Source: Marsupella aquatica (Eukaryota > Plantae > Marchantiophyta). From it: a DNA stretch of 64,000 bases. The position numbers and the translations under genes were made by a program. Positions 47,560-61,310 of this stretch are shown in pieces; position 1 is the first letter of the stretch, and each line of letters starts with the position of its first letter. The notes beneath the pieces are model-generated. The model did no database searches. It was not told the origin of the DNA and saw only the letters and a program-made list of their open reading frames with translations. Where the stretch lies: positions 27,972,210 to 28,036,209 of the forward strand of contig OZ316893.1 of assembly GCA_973895155.1 (NCBI GenBank), given 5' to 3'.

Positions 47560-49160
47560 CAGGCACTAGCCCAGCGCAAGGAAAACAAACGACACACCAA
47601 CCAAAAACTCTACCTATCTACAAATTGAAGAGTCTGGTAAAACTCAGGCATGAACTTCATAGAAGGGCAAGCAAGGGAATCCCGACTAGATGCCTGGAAT
47701 CCAACCGCCTCTCCTCGACAAAGAATAGTGAAGGCTGGTGCTTGCTGAAGCGCAATAGACACCTGTTGTCTATAAAAGGCCATGATTACAGACATGGGGG
47801 AGTAAGGCCGTCGCCCAACATAATGAATCGCACAAGAATGCAAGAAATGGTCAACTCAAAAAGCGGGTGCAACACTCCAAAGACCTCCACAGTAAACAGG
47901 TAGAAAAGGTCCGTCGGGTAATGCGTAGCATAAGCCTCCTCTTTAAGGCAAGCAACCCGGATATGGGCAGCAGATGCCACATTCATTGGCTCCACTCATA
48001 GGGTCAGCAACAACCGCATCCCCAAGGGCACAAACACCAGATTGAAAGAAGACCAAATTAGCATGATGCCTGTCTCCATCCCGAGCGGTAACACATGGCG
48101 CTGCTCCATCCCCGCTCCATCATAACATGATACCCAAAATCACGAGCAATGGCAGCCAACCACATCCCTATCATCATGTGTTGTCGTCCGCTTCCTACCA
48201 TGACCACACCAAAGGATATGAACTCCCTCACTATCCAAGGCCCCCCCACAAATGCATGTGGGTTGGCCTACAATGCACGAGTGGGGAAGACCAAGCTGGA
48301 GGTGCATGGAGGTGGTGAAGATGAAAGAACTCATACAAAAGTGGGCCCATAATGGACTAGCCGATAACCAAGCCCCCAAACCGACGCCTGAACCAAATAA
48401 AAGATGCACTCAAACATGCATCAAAAAGCATGCTCAAAAGGGTGTGTCAATGCATCCAATTGGAGGTCACCTGATCTCGCACTAATGAACTTGATCCGGA
48501 TTGTCCAAAACAATTCCCTCAAAAGCAAAGACCACACTCTACACATCCTCCAATAATAAGGACCGAGCATAACAATGTTGGACCTCAAAAGGGAGAGCTC
48601 CGTTCTCCACTCCCATGACCAAGTCAAAGAGGATAAGCCGAAGGTCCACAATAAAATGTGATGCCAAGGCTGGAGCCACCTGCGCCCAACTGCCAAGAGA
48701 TGCACAGGGAACAATGATTATTGGTGAAGAAACCCCCATGCCACCTCCCGATGGGGGCAGAGTCAAGGGCAGAGTTGCCTGCCTAGCCGCAAAAGAATCA
48801 TCCTCTCCGTCAAGGGCTCCCAGACCGATGAGGTGACCAGAGACCCTGATTATCATGGTGTCAAATGAAGAGAGCAAGGACAAAACATTGCAGTGGGAGG
48901 GATTGTTCGGAGAAGGTAGGAGGGGCAGGTAACAAAACACAAATTTCATTAGAATCAAGAAGGTAATCCGGACATCTCCCAAAGCCACCAGCTGGTCAAG
49001 GTGTAAAACATCTTGGGCCACGGAAGTCTGCAGAAACTCTTGCTCAAAGGGTACTCCAAGGACCCAAATGCCATCAGGCCCCCGATCAGGCCGAATGGGG
49101 ATATCAAGAGGGGGGGGTGAATGAGTCCAGGAGAGGAAGACAAGACCAGGCCCCACACTT
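47560..49160 (-). mobile_element. Degenerate non-LTR retrotransposon with restriction-like endonuclease (CRE-like)
   Basis: VLGVPF; RQATLP...GGMG...CASLGSW thumb region; AA...KEEAY...FTVEVFGVLHP RLE C-terminus; many frameshifts. Confidence 0.65.
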
Positions 49161-51479
49161 CCTAGGTTCTACTTACAAACCAAGAATAGCAACGTGTTGA
49201 AAAAATGGCTATATACATTTTTGTGCAGCCCAGTAATCGGAATGCCCGGTCTTTGTGGTCTTTTTGCCATGAGTGCCCAAAAAAGACCGTCCCCGCCATT
49301 CTTCAAATGTGACTGCATTGGGAGCCCAAACAGCAATGCGGCCTTCTTCCCTAACTCTCCTCGCATGAACTCCCCCACTCTACCTTCCACGTCCCCATTG
49401 CACAACTATTGCGTAGAGCCTCTCGCTGCGTTGCAGCGATGTACTGCCTTCCTCTCCTGGAAATTTAGTTTAATTAGGGTTTCACCTCTTTCTGGTCAAC
49501 ATCCAAAATCTCCTTTCCCCGCAACCGACGTTGCAGTCAACCATGAAGCTAAGGCTGAGGTCTATCTAGACAAAGCAAGCGCAGAATTGACCGAGTCAGG
49601 AGTAGATTATGTGTCAGAAGACGGACCAGCGGTAGTGGCTGCGGAGGAAGGATTGGGGGCATCCATTGCGGTTGTGGCACCTCTATTGTGATGGTGGGGG
49701 AAAGAATTAGAAAGCATTGGGTGTGATAATTGAGAAATACCTTCAGCTGCCTTCAAGTTGAATGGGTAGACTCAGGGCCCAGGGCAGAATACAAATATAC
49801 CTAAAGCAGATCAATAGACTGAGAGGTGGGAATCATAACTCATAACCCAATGAAAGGATCTGTCCTGTAAATATGTCTAAGCAAGAGTTAGCAATGTTCC
49901 ATGCCACTAAGCATGCAAAACTATCGCCTAGGAGGTCGGGACCGTAAGGAATTGGCTTGTTCGTGGGTGTTTTGGGTGGCTAGAGGGTGTGGAACGCACC
50001 ACAATTACATAGTCGAGCAAAACCCACTCCACCATGGGAGAATCCAGGTTGATGCCAACGGGAACCACCATAGCCAAGGAACACTACTTGCTCACAAGCT
50101 GTGACGCCGATGACATGGTCCTTATTCAATAATACGATGGAATTGGTATGTTGTACGCAATAAGTAATTGTGATATTGCATAATGATCAGCAAGATGACA
50201 AGAATAAGGGCAATCATAGCGTTTAGCGTAGGACTAGGGCAGGTTAGCCTAAAAAGTGCATAGCCGAGGCAGATATAACGGAGACAATCATTGTCAAGGC
50301 CACCAATAAGTAGCTAGGTGATGAGAGGAGTCACCTCCTCTACCATACTATTGTGTTGGCAAGCACAATGGAGCATGGGGGCTCTCCAAGATGCAGGGGC
50401 AGATGCAATAATTTGGAGAAGCAAGTCTCCACGATCAAGAAAATGGCTATGTGGTATGGTGGCTGTTCTCATAATGAAATTTGAATGTCTTTTGTGTGGA
50501 TCTTCATTCCATGTGTTAGGTTAGTGGTTCATAGTCTAGTCTTAGAATGTTAAGGAAATAAAAAGTGTAGTTTGCTATGAAGAACCAAAACCACACTTAA
50601 AGGTCTTCAAACTCGGTATTCGTTCCCGTAAAGAACAAGATGGGGTTGGTTTGATAGATTTAAACAATAATAAAGAACTAAAAATGTTTTTCACACATAG
50701 TAATCAAGTTTGATTACTTTAATAAGGTATTTTGAAGATCGCTCCACATCGGTGAGTAGTTTTTAATGGTAACTCAGCATTAGGTAACCATAAATTAATG
50801 AAAAGAAAATGATTAACAAAACACAAGAGAAAATAATCTCAAAGTATGCTAAGGGAGTTTGGAATAGACCAAGGTTACTCCTTAGACATAAGTCAAAATG
50901 AAAAGACTTAAGGACTCAAATCCACGTTTGCTTTTCAGATCTAAAATGCTTACTAGAGTACTCTTTTAAAGTGCCGTCAACACGTCTTATCCTTTCTTTC
51001 TAAATGGTACTCAGATAAGATCTAAAAGGTAGCTACTTCAACATTTAGATGGTACTAAGCAACATGAAAGAAAATCCATCAATTTCAAATAAGACTTAAA
51101 CTCAGTGAGTTAACTTCAAGAACTCAAGAGATTGTAATGAATCACCAAAAAGGAATCTATCATCACAACTCAAAAGATTTGCACAAAAGGAATTTTACTT
51201 CCTGTGTTTATAATCATAGGTAAAAACACAAGAAGGAGGTAAGTCTCTCCAAATGTTAAACCTGATCTCGAACTCATAGATTCATGATCAACTAGTTTAA
51301 CACAAGGAAAAGGCAAAAATGCATAACTTAACCATAAACTACACTAGTGGTGGAGGGTCTTATAGTAAAAATCTACAGAGTAAGAGGTCATAGGATCGAA
51401 GAGACATGCCTCTTCATACTCCTCAAAAAGTCAAAATAGCAATTCAGTAAGTGAAAAGCCGGGAAATGGCTAAGTAAGA

Positions 51480-51560
51480 ACCCGTAAACCCTTAAAAGCG
51501 TAAAAGCGTAAACTCGTAAAAGCATAAGAGCGTAAAGGCGTAATCCGGTAAATGCGATAG
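51480..51560. repeat. CGTAAA motif cluster downstream of the accessory ORF
   Basis: cccgtaaacc, gcgtaaaagcgtaaactcgtaaaa, gcgtaaaggcgtaa. Confidence 0.75.
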
Positions 51561-51761
51561 ACTTAAAGACTTAGCAAATTCAACTATTTTTAAACTTTCT
51601 ACTCCTGGCTCGGAAAATTCTGAAATTTTGCCAGCAGGTTTTCCTAGGTATAGACTATATACTAAAGAAGTCTCATAGCTTTTAAAGCTCTATAACACAT
51701 TTTGAAAAATAGGGAAAGATGCACTATTCTTAAAACTAACTAAAAAGACTTAGACTACTCC

Positions 51762-54191
51762 TCAAGCTTGTTGTCGGATGTCTTCTGGTTCGAGTAGCTC
51801 CACGAGGGTAACAGTCCAAGCTTGAGTAACTTCCATCAGTTCAGCCTGGCGTGGGGATCCTCGAGAGTAGGGTAGGCATCTCAATTGCCTTTCAGGATAC
51901 ATCAGGGGCATTCTTCTCCTTAGATAACATATGTCTATTCGAAGAGCTTCTCTATATATCCCAATCACGTCATAATTATTGCAAGTAGCAACATATACTT
52001 GGGGATAATGGTATAGAAATTCATCAGAGTTCAGCATCCTAGAATAGAAAGGGTGAAGCCTCCATTTGACATCTCTGAAATACCGGTTGAAGTTGGCCAG
52101 AGTTTGAGAGGTGACATTGTTCCAGATCCTCTGTTTCTCAGCAAATGAGCTGGTTAAAACAAGGGTAACCTTGGGCTCTCGAGGAAGGTAAGCGTTCTGG
52201 GGAGAAGTAGATTTCTTACTCTACATGAGAAAAGAAACCACAAAATCTAGGGCATAAGCTGCCAAATTTCCAAAATATGCCAGAACTAAATCTGGATCCT
52301 CCACCTCTACATCACCCTGAAGTAGCATCACAGCAAGAATGGGTCGGAAATAGAGAGAGTCAGTCCAGAACTCATCGAATTGTGCCATCTCCAGTCTGGA
52401 AGTTCCAAAACACCTGAGGTCGAAGATATAACTGGCTTCTGTCTTCTTCAGATAGTAGTATTTCCAGAACTCTCCAACCGGTGGTCTGTTGGCTTGCATT
52501 ATCTTACAGGTTTCCACATACCTGTGCACTTGGGACTCTGGATGTCTCGGGTATCTACTCTCGATGGTGGCATTCCGAGGTGTTTGAGTAGATGAGGTGA
52601 CAACTGCTACTAAGTTTGGATTGGATCTTAAGGCAGTATCAACATCTTCAAATCCCTGCCTTGGGGATGACTCAAGAGAATTATCATAAGATCTATAAGT
52701 TTCACCATCTGAGGGTGGATCAGAGTCTTCAGGTAGATCTTCTCTGTCGTAAGGGTGCTCATATTGTGACCGATTGTAGGTGGGTCCTTCTGTGGGTTCG
52801 TAGTTGGAATCAGGGCTATAAGGTTGCGAACCTGGGCTAGGAGTAGGACTAGCAGTTGGACATTGTTGGATCAAGTTGCGGACCACAGATGCTATCTGTC
52901 GAGGTTCACACTGTAGTATTTCTAACAAGTCATCCACAATGGCCACACAGCTGGTACTATCTGCTAGTGGAACAGGTTCACTTGTTTCTAGGGGAGGGGG
53001 CTGTACAGTGACAGGAGTACAGATCACAAACTCCATTGGTGCTGGTTCTCTTGGGGAAGAGGTCATTCTGACAGGACTTAGCTGGTCATGAAATGGTGAT
53101 CTCAAACTAACAGCCTCCATTCTCAAATTATTAACAGCATCATATAGTCCATCATCACTGCAACTGAGGAGAGATGTCAACTTATCAATAAGCTGCTGAT
53201 TCGACTCTGCCTTCGAAGGAGTGGACCTGGTGGTCTCATGGGGAGTAGCATCAGTTGGTGTAGCAACATCGTCTTGTTGATGAATGCTCCTTACTTCTTC
53301 AGCTTCTAGTGGATCTGCATCCATAGTCCGGCTAGGGAAATTCTCATTACTTATTGATTGGCAAACAACTTCCTTGCTATGCATAGGAGAATGTGTAGGA
53401 ACTTCTAATGAAGCATTCTGCATAGGAACATCAGCATTCTCTGCAATGTTCTGATCATTCGAATTCAATGGGGTGACATGTACAATGTCCTCCATATGAA
53501 TTTCTTCTTCAATACCCAAGTCAATCAGGAGTAACCCCCTCTCTGTCTCTTCCTCCAGATATAAACAGTCATGGGTATAATAGAGCTGAGAGAGATAATT
53601 CTGTAAGCAAGTGGTCCTCCCTGCTTCCAAGCTCCTTACTTGGTCCTTCATTACATTAAACAGAAGTAGGGCCCAATTTACTTTTATAGCTCCACTGTGA
53701 GCAGCTACAATGGTGTTAGCCAAGGCCACAGGACAGAGAGTTGGCTTTTTCGGATGAAGAATGGGTACCAGGAATTCCATGAGCACTATCAATTCAGGAT
53801 AAGTACACTGGGACAAGTTCCAACCATTCTTGGCATTTCGAGTTCCTGAGAAGTATGGAGTAGATAAGTCCTGCTTCTTGGAATATAACGCCTCTCCTTC
53901 TGACGGGCATCCAAAGGCGTAAGCAATTTGCTCAACAGTCCACAGGCTGGGGTGAGCTCGAATTGTTCGCCTGAATTCAATCGGGATGATAGTCCCCTTC
54001 ACAAAATCCTGCAAGTAGGAGTTGAGCTCGACATTCCAAGGGATCCTGAGCAAGCGCTCCAATCCTAAGTGTTGTAAAGAGTCTTGTAGATTAGAAAGAC
54101 TATCAGGCGCTCGTGGTATACGAGCTGCCACTACTTTTGAGATTGCTAGAGCTTCAATTTGATACTGTTCCTCAGCACCCAGGTTCGCCAT
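51762..54191 (-). pseudogene. ~810-codon TE accessory ORF (PMD/plant-transposon-protein-like N-terminus) with one in-frame TAG
   Basis: ATG at 54191 (MANLGAEEQY); ORFs 52221..54458 and 51762..52037 share a frame across the TAG at 52221-52223; LGLERLLRIPW, IAYAFGCP, NGW, EFLVPIL and VNWA motifs. Confidence 0.75.
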
Positions 54192-54349
54192 AGCTGCGAC
54201 GGTGATTTGCGTGCTGCAAAGGTTGCTTTCGAAGAGAAAGAGCAAGTGAATAGGGGTGGTGAAAATACAGGAGTGAGCGCCTGAACTCTCTGCTTGATTC
54301 CTATCAAGGTATGAAGTCCCCAATCCGTTTCTAAGTCCCATTGCGAAGT

Positions 54350-54510
54350 TAGCCGTAGCGCCGTAACATACACTTTCCTTAAACGCATAAGGTGTAGGCC
54401 GTAACCCCGTATCGGCGTAAACACGTAAACCCATAAACCCGTAAACCCGTAAACCCATAACGCTTATACGCGTAAATGCGTAATCCCGTTATAAAGTATA
54501 CCCGTAGTTT
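54350..54510. repeat. CGTAA(A) motif cluster upstream of the accessory ORF
   Basis: cgtaaacacgtaaacccataaacccgtaaacccgtaaacc and similar runs. Confidence 0.85.
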
Positions 54511-54769
54511 ACACTTGGCATTTTAACAGCAACAGCAGGCTTAAACACTGTAAAAAGTTTAAATTTTTCAGTAATTTCAGGTTTTCGGTATTACCCAATA
54601 CTCACAAAAAGCTATGTCACAGGTGGTCGGTGACCATATTTCTTTCAATACATCACCAAATCCGGACCTGTAAAGAGAATTGGAAAGATCTGGTCAAGGC
54701 AAGTAAAATCGATATAAAACACTTGGGAAACGGAGGTGTATTAAGAAAGATACGGCCTGATTAGTGGGA

Positions 54770-55125
54770 TGAGTTAACTTGTGGCCGGAATTAGCGAATT
54801 CGGCTTTAGTTTCGGGTTAACCTAAGCTCGGCCACGGCTTAGCTTATGTGAGCACGGCTTCAGCTTAGCTCAAGTCAGCACGGCTTCAACTTAGGCTTAA
54901 CCCGGGTTCGGGTGAGATTGAGCCCGGGTTAGACTGAACTTGGGTTAGCCAAAACTTGGGCTTGGGTTAGCATAGGTAAGCTCGGGTTTGGGCTCAACTT
55001 AGCCTAGGTTAGCATATAGCGGGTAGCGGCCTAACCCGAGACCATGGGTTAGCTCTACTCGGAGTTAGATAGGATAGCTAGGTTAGCCAAACTCGGGTTA
55101 GCTATGTAACTCGGGTTAGCGCAGC
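54770..55125. repeat. GGGTTAGC / CTCGGGTT / AGCTTA motif cluster
   Basis: About ten GGTTAG occurrences and repeated CACGGCTT within ~350 bp. Confidence 0.75.
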
Positions 55126-55779
55126 AGTGAGTACCTCCTCTCGGTTGTAGGGGCATGACTTTCTCTATATTTGCCCAAATTGGCTATAATTGACCTCATT
55201 GGAAGAGGAGCTCAAGCCGCTTTCAATGCTGCTATCCATGCAGAAAATGGTTGAATAGAGAAATCAAGGGAGGAGGCGCAAGCTCGCAAAAACTATGGAG
55301 GAGGGTCAAATCCAACGTACATAGCCAATTCAAGATAGAAATAAAGCTGTGAGTTAGGGTTCAGTAGTTAGAGATAGTGGCGGCATTGTTAGGGCTAGGA
55401 TGGGGCTCCAGTAGCGTAGTATCCACCCATTTGGGCTCAGTATGAGAGTATATAGAGCAGCCCCTTGGTAGAGGCAGAGGGAGGGGGACTTTAGTTTTGT
55501 GATCTCACGTAGACTGAGCAGTAGGGAGGAGCTCTATGCAAGGACGGCTAGGCTTGGAAGCTGTGTGTTGGGGAGAGCTTGGTTGTGCTATTACTCAGGG
55601 TGTAATCAGCCACACTTCACAACAATAGTTGCCCAGATTTGCAAGCTAGATTGTGGCTCTTTCTAGTAGGCAACACAATTGGGCTCCTTTCCCCTGATAC
55701 AGAGCCTTGGTGATTGTCAAACACTTGTCAAGGAGCTTAAGCATCTTTTCCCCTAAAAAACTACCTAATACTTGCTCCA

Positions 55780-57250
55780 TGTCATACCAGGGTCACAAAG
55801 GATTGACAAAACTTCTGAATATGCATGCAAGGTCTAAGTACACCATACACAAGTAGTTTCAACTCTCCACTTCTAGAGAGGTAGTCACCTTGACTACTTT
55901 TGCACTCCCATTCTTTCTCTCTCCTCTACTCCAAGGATTAGCAAGGGGGATATCCACTCCAAGCTGTCACCTTAGAGTAGACCCTAAAACAAACACCCAA
56001 GAACCCCAAGTACTTTTCTCTTCAAGCTTAAGTCCCCTCAAGATCCTCAAGGTAGTGTTACCCCTTAACCTTGCCCCCCCTGGCCTTGGTTTGGGTCCAC
56101 ACACCCCCTTGAGCTCTAGAAAAACTCTTCTTGCAAAGAACTCTTCCTCTTGGTTCTCACACAAAGCAAGGTACTTTCCACCCTCAAGATACAATCCTCT
56201 CTAAACCCCAAAGTAGTGCTCCACCTTAACCTTGCCTCCCTGGCCTTGGTTGTGTACCAGCACATCCCCTTCACGATTAGACCAAGATTGCATCCTAGCA
56301 TGGACTCTTCTCTTGCTCTCAAACACTTCACATTTAGTCACACTTAGTGGTCACAATGAAGATTGAAAGAATCCTTTTATTGTATACTCAATCCTTACAT
56401 AAAAGGTCACTACACACTCTCCACACTAAGCATGGACCTCCTTCCCCTTCTCAATCTTAGCCCCAACTTGCAAGGTAGAGCTTACACTTAAGAATGAGAC
56501 TTCTGGTCCTCAACAAATGAAATCTTCCACTATATATACTATTCTCCTTTCACACCACACCAAGCTTGACCTGGGGTCCAACTATACCTCCCCCAAGTCC
56601 TCCTAACACACCAAGTCCAAACTATAGTTCATAGCTCACTCTACAACCTATTGCTTGACTCCTTCCAAGCCCTGGAATATGCCACACATGAGTTGCATGC
56701 TTTGACCTCCAAACCTGCTCCCACTTATGGTCCTCTTCATCAGCTTTCCAACGCACTTGAAAGCTTGCAAAAAGAGTACTTGAGTCCAAAGTTATGCCTA
56801 GTCAAAGTTGGCCTTATTTGACTTGTACCCCTTATACTACCCTAAGCAAACTACCCTCTATACTCACTTCTATTAACTTGATGGCCTTGCACCTTCGACC
56901 AAAGGTAAGTACCCTTCCCTAGAGCCTTACTAAAGTGGTATGGGTACCCAAAGTGTTTGGCCCTACATCTGGTATTCATTCCCCGTTGGCAGCTCCTATT
57001 TGCAAGCTAGCAGGACCCCCCATGGCAATGGTTTAAAATATCTCTGGATATTTCTTTTCCTGGGTTTCTACCTTCACTCAACGATGCTTTACCTTCCCTT
57101 GAATCGACACAAAAAATATGGGCCCCAACGGATGCCCCTAGCTCAAGTTATGGCATTTTCCCTCTCTCAATCCCTTATGTGCAAAAAGGGCTCCGAATTA
57201 CACTATCATAGGTCCCCGTTTACACTTATGTGTATACCAGGTGTCGACCT
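55780..57250. mobile_element. LTR-like non-coding segment with internal duplications (limits uncertain)
   Basis: Starts TGTCATACC; duplicated ccttaaccttgcc...ctggccttggtt block; no partner LTR or TSD found. Confidence 0.35.
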
Positions 57251-58810
57251 GAGAGAGTTCCTCATAAGGTCCAGTCTTTCCAAAAGCTATAGAGCTTAGC
57301 ATCGTGCCTGATTGTGCAGCTGATTTGAGGATGATTCCTTGACTAATTGTTTGACTGATTTTTGCAGTAGCTTCTCCTCTGATTTATGACTGAGTCCCTT
57401 CTAATTGTTGGGCTGGATTGTGATTGATTTGCTCAGGAGTAGCCATAGCTCACAATTGCTGTAAATTGCAGCAGCTGGTCAATTCTCAGCACATGGATTC
57501 TCAATTGCCAGCCATTATCTTTTGAATTTACTCAGCACAAGCTTACCTACCCGTAGATTGAATCAGCCAGCACATTGAATCAGCCAGTAGAGTGAATCAG
57601 CCAGCAGCATCCATGTTTTCCTTGGCAGCAAGCTCTATAGCCTATGTAGTGCCTGCCCTTTCTCAATTTGTCAGCATCCAGGCAGAGATCACGTTTACTA
57701 GATAGCTGTTGCATCAATTTCACATTGCCTAAGTTAGCCGATCTCGTGCTGGAGCAACAATAGCCCACCATAGATTTTCCACCATGTGATTTCATAGTCT
57801 AATCACTTAACTCGCAGCCGCCCTCGTGCTTAGACTCCTTCCTGCCTCGTGCTAGCCTCGTCGCAGCCGCGTCGTCGCGTTTCCATACTTAGAAAAAATT
57901 TGGTTCTCTCGCGGGAGAAAACTTTGTACTAGCCCTTTTTAAAGCCATGCCAAAAATCACCCATAGGTCTAAAAGAACTTCTGAGCATAGTTATGGGATC
58001 CTTGGACTCCCTCCTGAATTTGTCAAACGCACTAAATACCCCGCACTGACTTTTCTAAAAATACCTAAGTTTGCCCATATCTATAGGTTGCATTACTTTT
58101 CCCAATCTTTGAGGTGCTCCCAAAAACTAACCAAAGTTGATAAACTACTTCTTAGACTTTCAAGGGATATTATGGGCTATACTATACCCAATTTTAACCT
58201 CGAACCAAAAATATCTATCCCTTGGCTAATTTCTCTGGGACCCGCTAGATGGTTATTTTAAGTTCAGCCAAAATACTCACAATTCCTAGGTTGAGACCCT
58301 ACTTCACTTCATAATTTTTCAGGGTTCCCTAGGGACCTCCCCGCACCCATGGGAGAAATATTAGCCAAAAATGATATGTCAGGTGTTGGGTCATTTTCCG
58401 GTCCCGACTTAGTCGCCTATCCTAACTAAGGAAAGAATATTTGCTGCCCTACCATAAAGACCTCACTTATCCCTTTACATCTTCTTAGAACAACATATTT
58501 TTCCCTTCCATGATTCCCTACTATCTTTCCTTAGTGACTTAGGGTTGCAAACCCTAAGTACTTTACTAATGCTAAAATGTATTTCTTACTATCCTTGTTC
58601 AAAAAGCAAAAAATTGATGAGTTTCTTACATACCCTATTTTGAGCTAGTCCACAGTGATAGGTGATGTGGTGCATCCCATGGCTCCCTAAACCCAAGAAA
58701 CCCCCCCTGCACAAGCCGATTCCCGTAGGGTTTGCTCTCGGCAAGGCCAATTCTACGGCTTATCGACATGGGATGCTGCTAACTCTCTTCTACTAACATT
58801 TTACACACAT

Positions 58811-59457
58811 TGTGATGCCTAGCCAGGAATCACTGGGCTAGTTTAAGGGGAAAAGGGAAGTGTACCCTAGAAACACCTTAGTATAGTTACATAAATAAGG
58901 AAAATATAAACAATTAAGGGTGACTATGGAACCCGAGCCGAGGCCGGAAGTAAGGACGCCAGGGGAGAGAACACGATTAGGGTTAGGGCATGCTAAGTGC
59001 CGGCGGCTAGGGGTAACCAACGGGAGGGAGAACCAGAGGAGAAGAGGGGTAAGGACCGCTCGCGAGGAATAGTGGCTCATTTGCAAGCACGAATTGGGCA
59101 GGCGACTACGGGCGGCCAACTACTGTCAACTGCTTAGGCAAGCGCTCAGGGTGGGAACAAATACCGACTATCAACTCGAGAAGGGTATGAGCAACGTCAA
59201 TCAAGCGGCACATTTTTGGGGATGCCTGTTCGAACGGGCAACTGAGTACATTGGGACTTACGAGGACAAAGAATCGGAGAGAGCAGCTCGAGAACGGCAG
59301 GAGCTCGCCCGATTGTGGGAGCTATAGAAAGCTGCCTTCTTAGGAGGAGAACTCATCAAGGCTGAATTCCTGTGGACGCCTACTGGCAACGAGCTAGATG
59401 ACCTGCTGTTTTGCGAAGACAGAGTCGTCCGCATCCGCGAAGCCATCAAACGCTGCA
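58811..59457 (+). repeat. Copy A of TGTGATGCCTAG-starting element family (truncated)
   Basis: Clear similarity to 61706-62350 (GMSNVNQAAHFWGCLFERATEYI); abrupt switch to SWIM sequence. Confidence 0.85.
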
Positions 59458-59974
59458 CTTATTCTCTCCGAAGGCCGTGGAGATGAAATCGAAGCACCGT
59501 TGCCTTCTGTGTTACGGATGGATGTCAATCTTTTCCCGGAGAGGATCAACCTAACTGACCCATCTATGAGGTGCGCTTCAAGGAACGGGAAGAAATGCTT
59601 GCAAAGAGTGCATCTTACCCAAACACATTTGAAGAGAATTGAAGCCTCTGAAAAAGAAGTGACGAGCGTCATTGGAGAGAGTAATCACGAGTGGAAATGC
59701 GTCGGGGAAACAATTTTGTATCCGGACCCATGAACATGAGAGATCAGTCGCCTCTTATTGGGTTCAGATATGTTGTTTCCCATGTTGCTCCTGCGAGGAT
59801 TTCTACCGTCGGCATACTTATCGGAAGCCTTACATGCCTTGCAAACATGTGTATTGGGTGTTCAAGAATGTGTTCAAACTGGATGTGCTTGATTCGACGT
59901 TATGTAGCCAGCCAATTCTAATGTTGGGAGAAGTCCGTTACATACTTGATAGGCAGTTGGGAATGAGAATGTAG
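59458..59974 (+). pseudogene. Second MULE-SWIM C-terminal fragment, paralog of 9809-10327
   Basis: GKQFCIRTH...YWVQICCFPCCSCEDF...KPYMPCKHVYWVF...LCSQPIL; followed by the CTAGCGTCGGGCGCTAG motif at ~60074. Confidence 0.85.
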
Positions 59975-60279
59975 ACTATTGCTTTATCGTTGAACAACTA
60001 CAATTGTAGTTTGTCTTTTCTAACAGGCAGAAGTGCGTGTTCTTAAAGTGTTGTTTTTTTTATAATACAATACTAGCGTCGGGCGCTAGTATTGTATGAC
60101 TTTGTTTCGACTTCATATTTTGTGGCAATATATTGGAGTCCTTGTGTGAAATCGTCAAGAAATTTCCTCTGATGTTGTACAATGGTGGGACCCACCATAA
60201 TATTGTCCGCACAATTATTGCATATATGGACGCTATACCCTGAAGAGAAGAAACTAAAATGCATACAAGAAAAAAAATA

Positions 60280-60420
60280 CTCATACAAGAAAACATAAAC
60301 TCATACAAGAAAACAGAAACTCGTATGAGTAAATAGATATGCTCATACAAGGAACTTGTTTACTCGTACGAGACAAAATTTTGCTTGTACGAGAAAAAAT
60401 TGGCTTGTATGAGAATATCT
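60280..60420. repeat. Cluster of quasi-palindromic CTYRTAYRAG decamers
   Basis: ctcatacaag x3, ctcgtatgag, ctcgtacgag, cttgtacgag, cttgtatgag. Confidence 0.8.
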
Positions 60421-61310
60421 ATTTACTGTTTGCTAGCACGGTGGTTATACCCGCAAGGAGTTCTGGTCGAAGGAAAACTCCCTGCTGGCCAGTGGTAAAA
60501 GGGATGGACGGGTCAATATCCATGTTCTCCTGAGGGGCACTTGGGTCATGAGAATAAGTGTAAGAATGGGAGTGGAAGTGTGTACTGGGAGTGGGAAAAC
60601 CAGGAGGGTTGAGGGGTGATGAGGGGCCAGTGGAATAGACTCCTTCATGAGGACTAGGAGAGAAAGTCCTGGTGGTAAATAGAGGAATCTCAGTATCAGC
60701 TAATAGCTCCTCTGTAGTCAAGTCACTCATTTCCCTTAAGGCTTCACAGGTCTTTGAGAGACCCAATAGTGCATCATCCACCTTGGCACTCACATCTACC
60801 ACTAAATGGTTAATCTTGGAGAAAAGGATGGGTGTAGTGTTCTTGGCCAAATACTCATCATAAATTTGGGCCTTAAGAAGATCCAGAGAAGCTATCTTAG
60901 TCAAGGGCTCAATCAGATCCAAAGATTGAGTGATACTGAGTTGGAGAGTATGCTCAAGCTCATTCTTCTTCTTACTCCTCTCCAACTACTGTTTGAGTTC
61001 AGATACCTTCTTCTTGAGGAACTCATTCTCCTTCTCCAACTTCCTCTTATCTGTGGCATCACTCATGGTGGAGATCTTCTCAAGAATCTGCCCTGGTTTC
61101 ACTCCTAGCTTTTGAGAAATGTTAGTGATGACCTTCTCCATCACGGTGGTCTTCCTCTTCACCTCCTGGAACGTGTCTGAGATGATCTGGAAATCAGCTA
61201 GGGTGTCTTGGGAGGCATGGCCGGGTGCATCCAAAAATTCAGCCGGGTCGACGAAGGCCGGGTCGGAAAAGTCCGGGTTGAGGTTCCGGGCAGCAGACTG
61301 GGTCTTTCGA
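60419..61310 (-). pseudogene. C-terminal remnant of an unknown coiled-coil TE ORF
   Basis: ORFs 60986.. and 60419.. are in frame across one TAG (ELKQ*LERSKK); the 5' part is replaced by repeat copy B. Confidence 0.45.

Noticed and set aside
49730-49900. Possible gypsy gag remnant (TYLQDRSFHW on minus strand)
   Set aside because: Only one short motif amid stops; insufficient support.
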